Shown: positions 10,246-22,675, counted from the first letter of the stretch. The stretch is 64,000 nucleotides of DNA from Verrucomicrobiaceae bacterium (GCA_051252135.1 JBPOGH010000003.1:64001-128000), one strand, 5' to 3'. The notes: generated from the sequence alone by a model not told the origin. Made by a program: numbers and translations.

Positions 10246-11016
10246 ATGAGACTCTCTCTACCTAACACACGTCGTCGCGGTTTCACCCTCGTGGAACTCC
10301 TCGTCTCCATCGGCATCATCATGGTCCTCGCCGGCCTCATCTTCATCGGCACCAAGCGTGCCATCTCGGGGGCCAACGCCGCCAAGACCAGCTCCCGCAT
10401 GAAGGACCTCTACACCAGCCTCGTCCTCCTCCGTGATGAAGGCGTAGACACCGGAAACCACAACGCCGGGAGCTACCCTCCACACTCCGGTGTCCTCGAT
10501 GACGGCCAGGGCACACCCTTCGTCTGGTGGGACCTCGTCGCCGAAAAACTCAACATCGCCGACCGCGAAGGCGGCCGTTTCGAATGGAAAGAGCCCTACT
10601 CCGAAACCCTCTTCCAAAACCCCCTCTCCAGAAAGAAACTCGGCGGCGATCGTAAGGAATACAACTCCCTTCACAATTCCACCACCGACAGCCGTGGCTC
10701 CTTTGCCTACAACGGAATGCTCGGTGGAGAAGCCGATCCCGGCGCCGATGAGGAACGCGCTTTCGTCGTCCGTGGCTCACGCCTCCAGGATGCCTCAAAT
10801 ACCATCTTCTTCGCCGAGTCCGATGATAACGACAAAGGCCCCGGCTGGGAGTTCTCCGAGCTCAATTCCGCCCCTCAGGGCAACTACAAGGAGTCCGCTC
10901 ATTGCTGCTTCGTCGATGGCAGCGTCCAACTGATCCGTAACGCGGTCCTCAAAAAAGCCTCCGCTTTCGATTTTTACACTGCGGTTGAAGATAAAAACTA
11001 CAATAACCAGCCGTAA
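10246..11016 (+). CDS. Prepilin-type N-terminal cleavage/methylation protein (DUF1559-like, C-terminal FxDG motif)
   Basis: 'RRRG/FTLVELLVSIGII' type IV prepilin signal; C-terminal 'AHCCFVDGSV'. Confidence 0.85.
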   Translation: MRLSLPNTRRRGFTLVELLVSIGIIMVLAGLIFIGTKRAISGANAAKTSSRMKDLYTSLVLLRDEGVDTGNHNAGSYPPHSGVLDDGQGTPFVWWDLVAEKLNIADREGGRFEWKEPYSETLFQNPLSRKKLGGDRKEYNSLHNSTTDSRGSFAYNGMLGGEADPGADEERAFVVRGSRLQDASNTIFFAESDDNDKGPGWEFSELNSAPQGNYKESAHCCFVDGSVQLIRNAVLKKASAFDFYTAVEDKNYNNQP

Positions 11017-11050
11017 CGCTAGAAGCGGTTGTATTACAACTATTCCCTTG

Positions 11051-11078
11051 AAGCGGCCGCAAGGCCGCTTTATTTTTT
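11051..11078 (+). terminator. Rho-independent terminator
   Basis: AAGCGGCC-GCAA-GGCCGCTT (GNRA loop) followed by TATTTTTT. Confidence 0.8.
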
Positions 11079-11091
11079 GCCCATAACCCTC

Positions 11092-13896
11092 ATGCGTCTC
11101 GCAACCCTCTTCCTCCTCCCCCTGATCGCTTCTGCCGAAGTCAGCTTCAATCAGCACATCAGACCCATTCTCTCCAAGAATTGCATCGCCTGCCACGGAC
11201 CGGATACCGAAGACCGCAAAGGAGACTTCCACCTCGACACCTTCGAGGGCCTCACCAAAAAGAATGACGATGGAAAAGCCGGAGCCATCCCCGGTGATCC
11301 CGACGCCAGCCTCATCATCCAACGCGTCGTCACCACCGATCCCGACGACCAAATGCCTCCGCCCGACCACGGCTCCCCCCTTTCCGGGGGGGAAATCGAT
11401 CTTCTCAAACAATGGATCAAGGAAGGAGCCGACTACGAACGCCACTGGTCCCTGAACAAACCCAAATCAGTCACCCCGCCCGCCAGCACCCACCCGTCGC
11501 CTAAAAACGACATCGACCACTTCGTCGCCACCCAACTCGCCAAGCTCGACCTTGAGCCCGCCCCCACCGCCGATCCACGCATCCTCCTTCGCCGCCTCTC
11601 CCTCGACCTCACCGGCCTCCCGCCCACCATCGAAGAAGTCGAAGCCTTCGCCGCCGACCCCTCCGAGGCCAACTACCTCTCCGCCGTCGATCGCTACCTC
11701 GCCTCACCTTCATACGGCGAACACTGGGCCGCCCTCTGGCTCGATATCGCCCGCTACGCCGACACCGTAGGATACTCCGGCGACGAACACCGCGACATCT
11801 GGCCGTGGCGCGACTGGGTCATCGATGCCTTCAACACCAACATGCCCTACGACCGGTTCACCATCGAACAACTCGCAGGCGACCTCCTCCCCAACGCCAC
11901 CCAACAACAAATCCTCGCCACCGCCTTCCACCGCAACACCCTCTCCAACAACGAGGGCGGCACCAGCGACGAGGAATTCCGCACCATCGCCGTCAAAGAC
12001 CGCATCTCCACCACCGTCAACGCCTGGATGGGCCTCACCATCCGCTGCGCCGAGTGCCACACCCACAAATACGATCCCATCTCCCAAAAGGAATACTACC
12101 AGTTCTACGACTTCTTCAACCAAACCGAGGACAACGACCAAAAGGACGACCGTCCCCGCATCGACGTCCTTCCAAAAGGCCGCGAAGTCGAAGCCGCCGC
12201 CTCCAAAGCCAAGCTCACCAAGCTCAAAAAAGATCGCGAAAGCAACCCCTCCCCCTGGACCCCCGTCCAACCTCTCACCGCCATCTCCGAGGGCGGTGCC
12301 ACCGTCGAACCCCAGCCCGACGGAACCTACCTCTTCACCGGTAAAAACCCGGAATACGACACCTACCTCCTCAGCGGAACCACCACCGCCGACACCACCG
12401 GCTTCCGCCTCGACCTCTACCCCAGCCGCGTCCACAACGACAACTTCGGCCGCGGACCCGAAGGCGCCATGGTCCTCAACCACCTCGTCATCACCGTCGA
12501 TGGCGCCGTCCAGAAAATCACCAAAGCCTCCGCCAGCTACGGTCAACCAAACCACCACATCAAAAACGTCATCGGCGACCAACCACACAAAAACGGCTGG
12601 GCCGCCAACCACCCCAGCGATGGCTACAAAGGACGCCGCCACGCCATCTTCACCCTCGCCACCCCCATCCCCGCCGGAAAACCCTTCTCCATCAAACTCG
12701 TCCACCAATCACAGTGGCCCCGCCTCAACATCGGCCGCCTCAGCCTCTCCACCACCACCACGCCCGACCCCGCCGGCCTCCACGACCAGAAAAAACTCGA
12801 CCCCCTCGGCCGCCAAATCGCCGCCCTCGAAAAAAACCTCCTCAACCCCATCCGCGTCCCCATCCTTCAAGAGCGCAAAGACCGCCGCACCACCCGCATC
12901 ATGTCCCGCGGCTCCTACCTGCAGCCCACCGATGAGGTCACCGCAGCCGTCCCCGAGGCCTTCAACTTCTGGCCCGAAGGCGCTCCCAATAACCGCCTCG
13001 GCGTCGCCCAATGGATCATGTCCCCCGACAACCCCCTCACCGCCCGCGTCGCCGCCAACCGGCTCTGGGCCCGCCTCTTCGGCATGGGCATCGTCGAAAC
13101 TGAAGAAGACTTCGGCATCCAGGGCATCCTCCCCTCACACCCCGACCTCCTCGACTGGCTCGCCCTCGAATATCAGAATAATTGGGACACCAAGGCCCTC
13201 CTCAAACTCATCGTCTCCTCCCACACCTACCGCCAATCCGCCGTCACCGACTCGCTCCGCCTCGAGAAAGACCCCCGCAACGTCTACCTCTCCCGCGGCC
13301 CCCGCTTCCGCCTCTCTGCCGAGGCCGTCCGCGACAGCGCCCTCGCCGTCTCCGGCCTCCTCTCCACCCGCCAATACGGCCCCCCCGTCTACCCGCCCAA
13401 CCCCATCAAAAAATACGTCAACGCCTTCACCGGCGGCATGACCTGGGTGGAATCAAAAGGCGACGACCGTCACCGCCGCGCCCTCTACACCTACCTCAAG
13501 CGCTCCAGCCCTCACCCCCTCTTCGAGACCTTCGACATGGCCACCCGCGACGTCTGCAACATGCGCCGCATCCGCACCAACACCCCCCTCCAGTCCTTCA
13601 TGACCTTGAATGACATCGCCTTCATCGAAGCCGCCCAATCCCTCGCCGGCCTCATGACCGCCCACAGCCCCAACCCCGAAGAACAAATCGCCCACGGCCT
13701 CCACCGCGCCCTCCTTCGCCCCGGCTCCCCCGAACAAATCAACACCCTCCTCTCCCTCTATCGGGACACCCTCTCCGATTACCAGGACGACCCCGAGGCC
13801 GCCAAAAAACTCTCCGGCCAACCCTCCCCGGAGCACGCCGCCCTCACCGTCGTCGCCAACATCATCCTCAACCTCGACGCCTTCCTCACCAAATAA
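11092..13896 (+). CDS. Planctomycete cytochrome c / DUF1549 / DUF1553 (PSCyt-PSD1) protein
   Basis: 'FNQHIRPILSKNCIACHGPD', 'LLRRLSLDLTGLPPT', 'WLDIARYADT', 'CAECHTHKYDPI', 'NPLTARV.ANR.W', 'PSHPDLLDWLA', 'TNTPLQS'. Confidence 0.92.
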   Translation: MRLATLFLLPLIASAEVSFNQHIRPILSKNCIACHGPDTEDRKGDFHLDTFEGLTKKNDDGKAGAIPGDPDASLIIQRVVTTDPDDQMPPPDHGSPLSGGEIDLLKQWIKEGADYERHWSLNKPKSVTPPASTHPSPKNDIDHFVATQLAKLDLEPAPTADPRILLRRLSLDLTGLPPTIEEVEAFAADPSEANYLSAVDRYLASPSYGEHWAALWLDIARYADTVGYSGDEHRDIWPWRDWVIDAFNTNMPYDRFTIEQLAGDLLPNATQQQILATAFHRNTLSNNEGGTSDEEFRTIAVKDRISTTVNAWMGLTIRCAECHTHKYDPISQKEYYQFYDFFNQTEDNDQKDDRPRIDVLPKGREVEAAASKAKLTKLKKDRESNPSPWTPVQPLTAISEGGATVEPQPDGTYLFTGKNPEYDTYLLSGTTTADTTGFRLDLYPSRVHNDNFGRGPEGAMVLNHLVITVDGAVQKITKASASYGQPNHHIKNVIGDQPHKNGWAANHPSDGYKGRRHAIFTLATPIPAGKPFSIKLVHQSQWPRLNIGRLSLSTTTTPDPAGLHDQKKLDPLGRQIAALEKNLLNPIRVPILQERKDRRTTRIMSRGSYLQPTDEVTAAVPEAFNFWPEGAPNNRLGVAQWIMSPDNPLTARVAANRLWARLFGMGIVETEEDFGIQGILPSHPDLLDWLALEYQNNWDTKALLKLIVSSHTYRQSAVTDSLRLEKDPRNVYLSRGPRFRLSAEAVRDSALAVSGLLSTRQYGPPVYPPNPIKKYVNAFTGGMTWVESKGDDRHRRALYTYLKRSSPHPLFETFDMATRDVCNMRRIRTNTPLQSFMTLNDIAFIEAAQSLAGLMTAHSPNPEEQIAHGLHRALLRPGSPEQINTLLSLYRDTLSDYQDDPEAAKKLSGQPSPEHAALTVVANIILNLDAFLTK

Positions 13897-13903
13897 CCCC
13901 GCC

Positions 13904-15349
13904 ATGAACTCCGCTCAAGCCAGCTACCTCACCAGGCGCCACTTCCTCACCAAGTGCAACTCCGGCCTCGGCGCCCTCGCCCTTGCCCAACTCTCACAAG
14001 GAGCAACCGGCGGAAAGATCGACCTCAGCGGCGGCCCCACCGTGCCCCGCCCCTCCATGATTCCCGCCAAAGCCAAGCGGATCATCTACCTCCACATGGC
14101 CGGCTCCCCGCCCCAACAGGAACTCTGGGACTACAAACCCGAGCTCATCAAAAACCACCTCAAGGACTGCCCCGCCGAACTCCTCGAGGGCAAAACCTTC
14201 GCCTTCATCAAAGGCACCCCCAAACTCCTCGGCAGCATCTACGATTTCAAACAACACGGACAAACCGGTGCCTGGATCTCCGAAATGATGCCCCACCTCG
14301 CCGGCATGGCCGATGACATCTGCTTCATCAAGTCGATGCACACCGACCAGTTCAACCACGCCCCCGCCCAACTTCTCCTCCACACCGGAAACTCCCAGTT
14401 CGGCGGCGCATCCATCGGCGCCTGGACCGCCTACGGACTCGGCACCCCCAATCAGGACCTCCCCAGCTACATGGTCATGGTCTCCGGCGGCAAAATGCCC
14501 TCCGCCGGTAAAGCCCTCTGGGGATCCGGCTTCCTCCCCTCCGTCTATCAGGGCGTCCAGTGCCGCCCCAAAGGAGACCCCATCCTCTACGTCTCCAACC
14601 CGGAGGGCATGTCCCGCGCCACCCGCCGCAAATCACTCGACGCCCTCCAAAAACTCAACCGCCTCGAGCTCGACACCTTCCAGGACCCCGAAACCCTCAC
14701 CCGCATCGAGCAATACGAGCTCGCCTTCCGCATGCAAACCGCCGTCCCCGGCGTCATGGACATCGCCAAGGAAGATCCCAAAACCCTCGAAGCCTACGGC
14801 GCCACGCCCGGCGAAGCCTCCTTCGCCAACAACTGCCTCCTCGCACGCCGCCTCGCCGAACAAGGCACCCGCTTCATCCAACTCTTCGACTGGGGCTGGG
14901 ACATCCACGGCACCGCAAAGTACGACGACCTTCAGACCCAATTCCCGATGAAATGCCGCGAGTCCGACCGACCCATCGCCGCCCTCCTCAACGACCTCAA
15001 ACAACGCGGCATGCTCGATGACACCCTCGTCATCTGGGGCGGCGAATTCGGACGCACCCCCATGAACGAAGCCCGCAACGGCTCCACCCTCCTTGGCCGC
15101 GATCACCACCCCGACTGCTTCACCATGTGGATGGCCGGTGCCGGCGTAAAACCCGGAACCTACGGCCAGTCCGACCCCCTCGGCTACTCCCCCGCTGAAA
15201 ACCCCGTCCACGTCCACGATCTCCAGGCCACCATCATGCACCAACTCGGCATGGACCCCCACCACTTCTCCTTCCCCTTCCAGGGCCTCAACCAACGCCT
15301 CATCGGCCCCGCAAACCACCCCAAAATCATTCACGACATTTTGGGCTGA
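13904..15349 (+). CDS. DUF1501 family protein (Tat-exported, sulfatase/alkaline-phosphatase-like fold)
   Basis: 'TRRHFL' Tat motif, 'PAKAKRIIYLHM.G.P.Q', 'NCLLARRL.E.G.RF.Q', 'WGGEFGRTP', 'GRDHH'. Canonical partner of DUF1553. Confidence 0.92.
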   Translation: MNSAQASYLTRRHFLTKCNSGLGALALAQLSQGATGGKIDLSGGPTVPRPSMIPAKAKRIIYLHMAGSPPQQELWDYKPELIKNHLKDCPAELLEGKTFAFIKGTPKLLGSIYDFKQHGQTGAWISEMMPHLAGMADDICFIKSMHTDQFNHAPAQLLLHTGNSQFGGASIGAWTAYGLGTPNQDLPSYMVMVSGGKMPSAGKALWGSGFLPSVYQGVQCRPKGDPILYVSNPEGMSRATRRKSLDALQKLNRLELDTFQDPETLTRIEQYELAFRMQTAVPGVMDIAKEDPKTLEAYGATPGEASFANNCLLARRLAEQGTRFIQLFDWGWDIHGTAKYDDLQTQFPMKCRESDRPIAALLNDLKQRGMLDDTLVIWGGEFGRTPMNEARNGSTLLGRDHHPDCFTMWMAGAGVKPGTYGQSDPLGYSPAENPVHVHDLQATIMHQLGMDPHHFSFPFQGLNQRLIGPANHPKIIHDILG

Positions 15350-15392
15350 TTGCGGAGTCGCCATCCCTCCGGCAAGCCTCTAGACTTGCCCG

Positions 15393-16304
15393 ATGAATCG
15401 CAGGCACCTCCTCAGCACCACCGCTCTCGCCAGCGCCAGCACTCTCTTCGGCAAGCCCGCCCCCGCTTCCAACCCCATCGGCGTCTCCACCTACAGCTAC
15501 TGGGGATTCCGCCGTAAGGAATATCGCGCCATCCCCAAGTGCATCGATCTCGCCGCCGAAGCCGGATTCGATGGCGTCGAAGTCCTCCAAATCCAAATGG
15601 AAGACTTCAGTCCCGCCACTCTTCAAAAGATCAAACGCCACGCCTTCCTCGCCGGCCTCGACCTCATGGGCTACTCCACCCACCAGGACTTCGTCGACCC
15701 CGACCAATACGTCCGCCGACGCAACGTCGAGCAAACCATCTGCTACATCGAACAAGCCTACGCCCTCGGTATCCCCACCCTCCGCATCAACACCGGACGC
15801 TGGAACACCACTCCCACCTTCGATGAACTCATGGCCAACCGGGGCATCGAACCTCCTCTCGAGGGCTACAATGACGAAGACGGCTACAAGTGGGTCATCG
15901 ACTCCCTCGCCCACCTCATCCCCGTCGCCGAAAAATGCGGCGTCGTCCTCGGCCTCGAAAACCACTGGGGACTTGGCCTCACTGCCGAAGGCGTCCAACG
16001 CATCGTCAAAGCCATCGACTCCCCTTGGCTCCAGGTCACCCTCGACACCGGAAACTTCCTCGAAGACCCCTACCCCAAACTCGAGCAACTCGCCCCTCAA
16101 ACCGTCCTCCTCCAGGCCAAGACCTATCACGGCGGCGGCCGCTGGTACACCCTCGATCTCGACTACGCCAAGATCGCTACCATCATGAAAAAAGCCCACT
16201 ACCGTGGCTACGTCTCCCTCGAATTTGAAGGAAAAGAAGACCCTCTCACCGCCGTCCCAAAGAGCCTCAAAATGCTCCGCCAACACTTCGGAAAGCAGGC
16301 ATAA
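15393..16304 (+). CDS. Tat-exported sugar phosphate isomerase/epimerase (xylose isomerase-like TIM barrel)
   Basis: 'MNRRHLL', 'GFDGVE', 'LGLENHWG', 'LDTGNF', 'GYVSLEFEG'. Confidence 0.88.
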   Translation: MNRRHLLSTTALASASTLFGKPAPASNPIGVSTYSYWGFRRKEYRAIPKCIDLAAEAGFDGVEVLQIQMEDFSPATLQKIKRHAFLAGLDLMGYSTHQDFVDPDQYVRRRNVEQTICYIEQAYALGIPTLRINTGRWNTTPTFDELMANRGIEPPLEGYNDEDGYKWVIDSLAHLIPVAEKCGVVLGLENHWGLGLTAEGVQRIVKAIDSPWLQVTLDTGNFLEDPYPKLEQLAPQTVLLQAKTYHGGGRWYTLDLDYAKIATIMKKAHYRGYVSLEFEGKEDPLTAVPKSLKMLRQHFGKQA

Positions 16305-16333
16305 AAAAACCCGGCCATCACAGACCGGGTTTT
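16303..16333. terminator. Bidirectional Rho-independent terminator closing the atp operon
   Basis: AAAAAAACCCGG...CCGGGTTTT between the convergent TIM-barrel gene and atpC. Confidence 0.8.
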
Positions 16334-16357
16334 GAAAACATTTGTTGGAATCAGAGC

Positions 16358-16762
16358 TTACAATCCCTTGCGCTTCAGTCGAAGCATCGCCTCGGACTTC
16401 GCCAAAACCGCCTGCAGCGCAGCAAACTCATCGTGATCCACGTTCATCCCTGCCAAAGCTTCCTCGGCACGCTTCATCGCTGCCTCGACCTTCGCTTCGT
16501 CAATCGCATCCTCACCAATCGCAAGGTCAATCAAGACCGCAACCTTGTCACCCGTGACCTCAACAAAACCCTCACCAACGGCGAGTTCTTCGACCTTGCC
16601 ATCCTTGAGATAGCGCAGTGAGCCTGGCTGCAGTGGAGCTACGAGAGCCGCGTGCATGGACAAAATGCCCATCTCACCTTCGCTACCGGGAAGATAGACG
16701 TCATCGACGGAATCAGAAAAGATGGTCTTCTCCGGAGTGACGATGTCCAATTGGAATGACAT
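16358..16762 (-). CDS. atpC: ATP synthase F1 epsilon subunit
   Basis: 'LDIVTPEK', 'PGSEGEMGIL..HA', 'GFVEV'; operon position. Confidence 0.96.
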   Translation of the reverse strand: MSFQLDIVTPEKTIFSDSVDDVYLPGSEGEMGILSMHAALVAPLQPGSLRYLKDGKVEELAVGEGFVEVTGDKVAVLIDLAIGEDAIDEAKVEAAMKRAEEALAGMNVDHDEFAALQAVLAKSEAMLRLKRKGL

Positions 16763-16789
16763 GGGATTTAGTGGGCTTGGGTGAAGGAA

Positions 16790-18292
<1,503 letters not shown>

Positions 18293-18313
18293 TTAGCGAT
18301 GAAGCTGTAGAAG

Positions 18314-18844
18314 TTAGGGAGCGAAGACAGTTGCTTCTTTGGCGACTCTTTTGGCCGCACCGGGAATGAAAGATTCGGCAGTCTGGGTCGCTGCGGCCAA
18401 TCCGCCCAGTGCCCAGCTGTTCTTGTCGACATTGACCGTTCCCAGAGGACCGGACTTGTCGGAAAATTGCACGGTGGAATTGAAGTTTGAATTACCCGCG
18501 GAGAAGCCAATCATCAGGCGCAAAGCCGCATTCCCATCGTCATATTCGGTAATCGCACCGGAGATCAAAAGAGTCTGGTCATCGACTTTTCCGGAACGGG
18601 AAACCTTCGCAAATTTACCGGTCTTGGAAACCTCGGATACAATCATGTCCGCAAAGGTCTTCTGCGCAATCGCCACCTTGCTCTGCACTCCCAGGTCACT
18701 GACCTGATTCTGAAAATCACGGACAACAACCTTGGAATACTTCTTACCCGACTCATTCGCCGTCTTTGGAAGAGACGAGGTCGTTCCGCAAGACACAGCA
18801 AAAAAGCTGATGAGTGCCAAACCTGAAAGTTTAAGGAAGTTCAT
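18314..18844 (-). CDS. Lipoprotein, DUF4410-like
   Basis: Lipobox 'FFAVS-C'; 'LLISGAITEYDDGNAALRLMIGFSAG' resembles the DUF4410 core. 41 bp from atpG and 57 bp from atpD. Confidence 0.7.
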   Translation of the reverse strand: MNFLKLSGLALISFFAVSCGTTSSLPKTANESGKKYSKVVVRDFQNQVSDLGVQSKVAIAQKTFADMIVSEVSKTGKFAKVSRSGKVDDQTLLISGAITEYDDGNAALRLMIGFSAGNSNFNSTVQFSDKSGPLGTVNVDKNSWALGGLAAATQTAESFIPGAAKRVAKEATVFAP

Positions 18845-18885
18845 GACGGAAGCGAATGATTGGAAGAATAAACAATAGGGAGGAA

Positions 18886-19782
18886 CTACTCCATGGCCTT
18901 CATGGCGGTCGTGATCTCAAGAAGCTCGGCCGTAATTGCTGCCTGACGCGCCTTGTTGTATTCCAGAGTCAGATCCTTGATCATGCTCTTCGCATTGTCG
19001 GTGGCGGCCTTCATGGAAACCATCCGGGCGGAGTGCTCGGAAGCACGGGCCTCAACCAGCATCTGGTAAATCTGGAAGTTGATGTAAAGCGGGAGAAGCT
19101 TGTCGAGAACACCTTCGGCACTTGGCTCAAATTCGTAATCGGTGCTCAGTGCTGACTCTGCATCGGTTTCACCGATCTCGTCCTTGCCCACACCCTCATA
19201 CTCCTTCTTCTCAGCCAAACCACTCGCCTCGATGGGGAGAAGCTGGGAAACGTAGGGAGTCTGGGTCAAAGTGCTGACGAAGTTGTTAAAGGCGACGCTG
19301 ATCTTGTCATAATCGCCACTGAGAAACTTCTCGGTGAGGAATTTGGCAATCGGCTTGGCGTCGTTGAAAGGAACAGGATCGGCAACCTCCCAGTCAGTGA
19401 CAATCTTGCCCCCGGTCTTGGCGATGGTCTGCCGAAGCTTCTTTCCAACCGTGACATACTCGGTGTCCGCAGTGGCATTTTTGCGAACCTCCTTATAAAG
19501 ATTCGTATTAAGTCCTCCGCAAAGTCCTCGCCCGGTGGAAATCACCAACATCAACTCCTTGCTGCCCTCACGCTTTCCAAGCAGCGGGTGGGACTCCTCC
19601 TCGGTGTTCGCCTTCAGGTTCACCAGAACCTTGTTCAGCTTGTCGGCATAGTCCCGGCCCGCAAGAGCCTGATCCTGTGCCTTCTTCATCTTGGCAGCCG
19701 AGACCAGCTCCATCGCCTTTGTGATCTGCGCGGTGCTTTTGACCGACTTAATGCGTCGGCGGATGTCACGAAGGTTAGCCAT
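18886..19782 (-). CDS. atpG: ATP synthase F1 gamma subunit
   Basis: 'IRRRIKSVKSTAQITKAMELV', 'RGLCG', 'ASEHSARM', 'YNKARQAAITAEL'. Confidence 0.99.
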   Translation of the reverse strand: MANLRDIRRRIKSVKSTAQITKAMELVSAAKMKKAQDQALAGRDYADKLNKVLVNLKANTEEESHPLLGKREGSKELMLVISTGRGLCGGLNTNLYKEVRKNATADTEYVTVGKKLRQTIAKTGGKIVTDWEVADPVPFNDAKPIAKFLTEKFLSGDYDKISVAFNNFVSTLTQTPYVSQLLPIEASGLAEKKEYEGVGKDEIGETDAESALSTDYEFEPSAEGVLDKLLPLYINFQIYQMLVEARASEHSARMVSMKAATDNAKSMIKDLTLEYNKARQAAITAELLEITTAMKAME

Positions 19783-19835
19783 GATTCAGTTGAACGTTAT
19801 GAAAACTTTGAAAATGAAAGGAGGGTCGATCGTAA

Positions 19836-21368
<1,533 letters not shown>

Positions 21369-21392
21369 GACAATTTGGTGTGAGAGTGTTGA

Positions 21393-21785
21393 TTAAAGGG
21401 AATTCGCCAGACGATCGAGGCGGGATTTGACGGAGCCGTCGAAGACATCATTGCCAACCCGAATTTTCAAACCTCCAATGAGGTCGGGGTTGGTCTCAAA
21501 GTTGAAGGAAAGGTCCTGGCCGTATTTCTGGCGCAGGGAAGTCGCCAACTGCTCGGCGGAGTTCGGGTCAAGCGCAACCGCGCTTTGCACCGTCACCTGC
21601 TTGCTGGCGAGTTCGTTACGAATAAGACGACGAAGCGTGTGAAGGATGCCGCGATAGTCGCGGGGCTTCTCAGTCGAAAGCTTGTTAATCGCCAAACGGA
21701 GATGGTCCTCGTTCATCTGGCCGTCTCCGGAACAGAGGCGGAAGATGCGGCGAGACAAGCTCAGGGCGGATTTGGAAACTTTCAT
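21393..21785 (-). CDS. atpH: ATP synthase F1 delta subunit (short form)
   Basis: C-terminal 'VTVQSAVAL...NPDLIGGLKIRVGNDVFDGSVKSRL'; lies between atpF and atpA. Confidence 0.9.
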   Translation of the reverse strand: MKVSKSALSLSRRIFRLCSGDGQMNEDHLRLAINKLSTEKPRDYRGILHTLRRLIRNELASKQVTVQSAVALDPNSAEQLATSLRQKYGQDLSFNFETNPDLIGGLKIRVGNDVFDGSVKSRLDRLANSL

Positions 21786-21806
21786 CGTCGTGCTGCGGTG
21801 GGAAAA

Positions 21807-22364
21807 TTAGTTTTGGACGCTTGCAGCAGCCTCTTGGTTGATCCGGGCCTGATCCTCAGGGGTGAGAACCTTACCGGAAACTTGAGCCGTGGCAGCCACC
21901 ACAAGACGACCGAACTCTTTCTTAAGATCGTTGGCCATCTGCGCGTGCTCAGCCTTGGATGCATCATGCGCCTTGGCAATGATTGCCTGCGCCTGATTGA
22001 CGGCTTCCTGGGATTTTTGCTCGGTGTAGGCACTTGCCCCGTCGCGAGCTTCGGAAATCAGGCGCTTGGCGTCATCGTTAGCCTTCGCAATCAGCTCGGC
22101 TGTCGTTTTTTCGCTGTCAGCGAGCTTCTGCTCAATTTCAGCAAGCTTGGCCTCACCATCGGCAATCCGGGTGCGGCGCTTCTCCAGCATTTCCATGATC
22201 GGACCGTAAGCGAACTTCTTAAGCACGAAGCAAACGATCAGGAAGGAAACAAGCTGCGAGATGAAGAGACTCCAGTGAACCCCGAACGTCCGGGTGATTT
22301 GCTCAAACTTGTTACCGGATTCGACGACCTCGGCGGCCAGAACGATGAATGATGGAACAGTCAT
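21807..22364 (-). CDS. atpF: ATP synthase Fo subunit b
   Basis: TM 'FISQLVSFLIVCFVLKKFAYGPI...EKRR' followed by a coiled coil. Confidence 0.95.
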   Translation of the reverse strand: MTVPSFIVLAAEVVESGNKFEQITRTFGVHWSLFISQLVSFLIVCFVLKKFAYGPIMEMLEKRRTRIADGEAKLAEIEQKLADSEKTTAELIAKANDDAKRLISEARDGASAYTEQKSQEAVNQAQAIIAKAHDASKAEHAQMANDLKKEFGRLVVAATAQVSGKVLTPEDQARINQEAAASVQN

Positions 22365-22390
22365 AACAGAAAGAAATTGGGGAGTCTCGA

Positions 22391-22443
22391 AAAGGAAAAT
22401 TGAAAAGTCGGACCGGAGGGTTCGTAGCGAACCCTCCGACCGA
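22391..22443 (-). terminator. Intra-operonic hairpin with U-tract directly after atpE
   Basis: Perfect 11-bp stem CGGAGGGTTCG-(3 nt)-CGAACCCTCCG (22414-22438); on the minus strand it is followed by GTCCGACTTTTCAATTTTCCTTTT. Confidence 0.65.
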
Positions 22444-22453
22444 ATTAAATCAT

Positions 22454-22675
22454 TTACGCAAGGAAGATTGCGAAGAACACGATACCCTCGATAAGAGCAG
22501 CGAGAATGATGGAGATGGTAAGGACGTTACCGGCAGCGCCTGGGTTACGACCGGTGGCTTCGGCAGCTTTCATTCCGAGAAGGCCAATGCCGATTCCGGA
22601 ACCAAGAGCAGCAAGACCAACGTGGAGCTTACCTTCGACCATCGCGAAGAGGAACATGAGGAGTTCGTTGAACAT
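22454..22675 (-). CDS. atpE: ATP synthase Fo subunit c
   Basis: 'GSGIGIG', 'GRNPGA' loop, 'ALIEG' ion-binding Glu; ATG 22675 gives 73 aa. Confidence 0.95.
   Translation of the reverse strand: MFNELLMFLFAMVEGKLHVGLAALGSGIGIGLLGMKAAEATGRNPGAAGNVLTISIILAALIEGIVFFAIFLA

Noticed and set aside
22454..22675. Possible Na+-translocating or N-type ATPase
   Set aside because: Subunit c has 'IEG' and lacks the Gln...Glu-Ser/Thr Na+ signature. Gene order is the standard BEFHAGDC, not the N-ATPase order.
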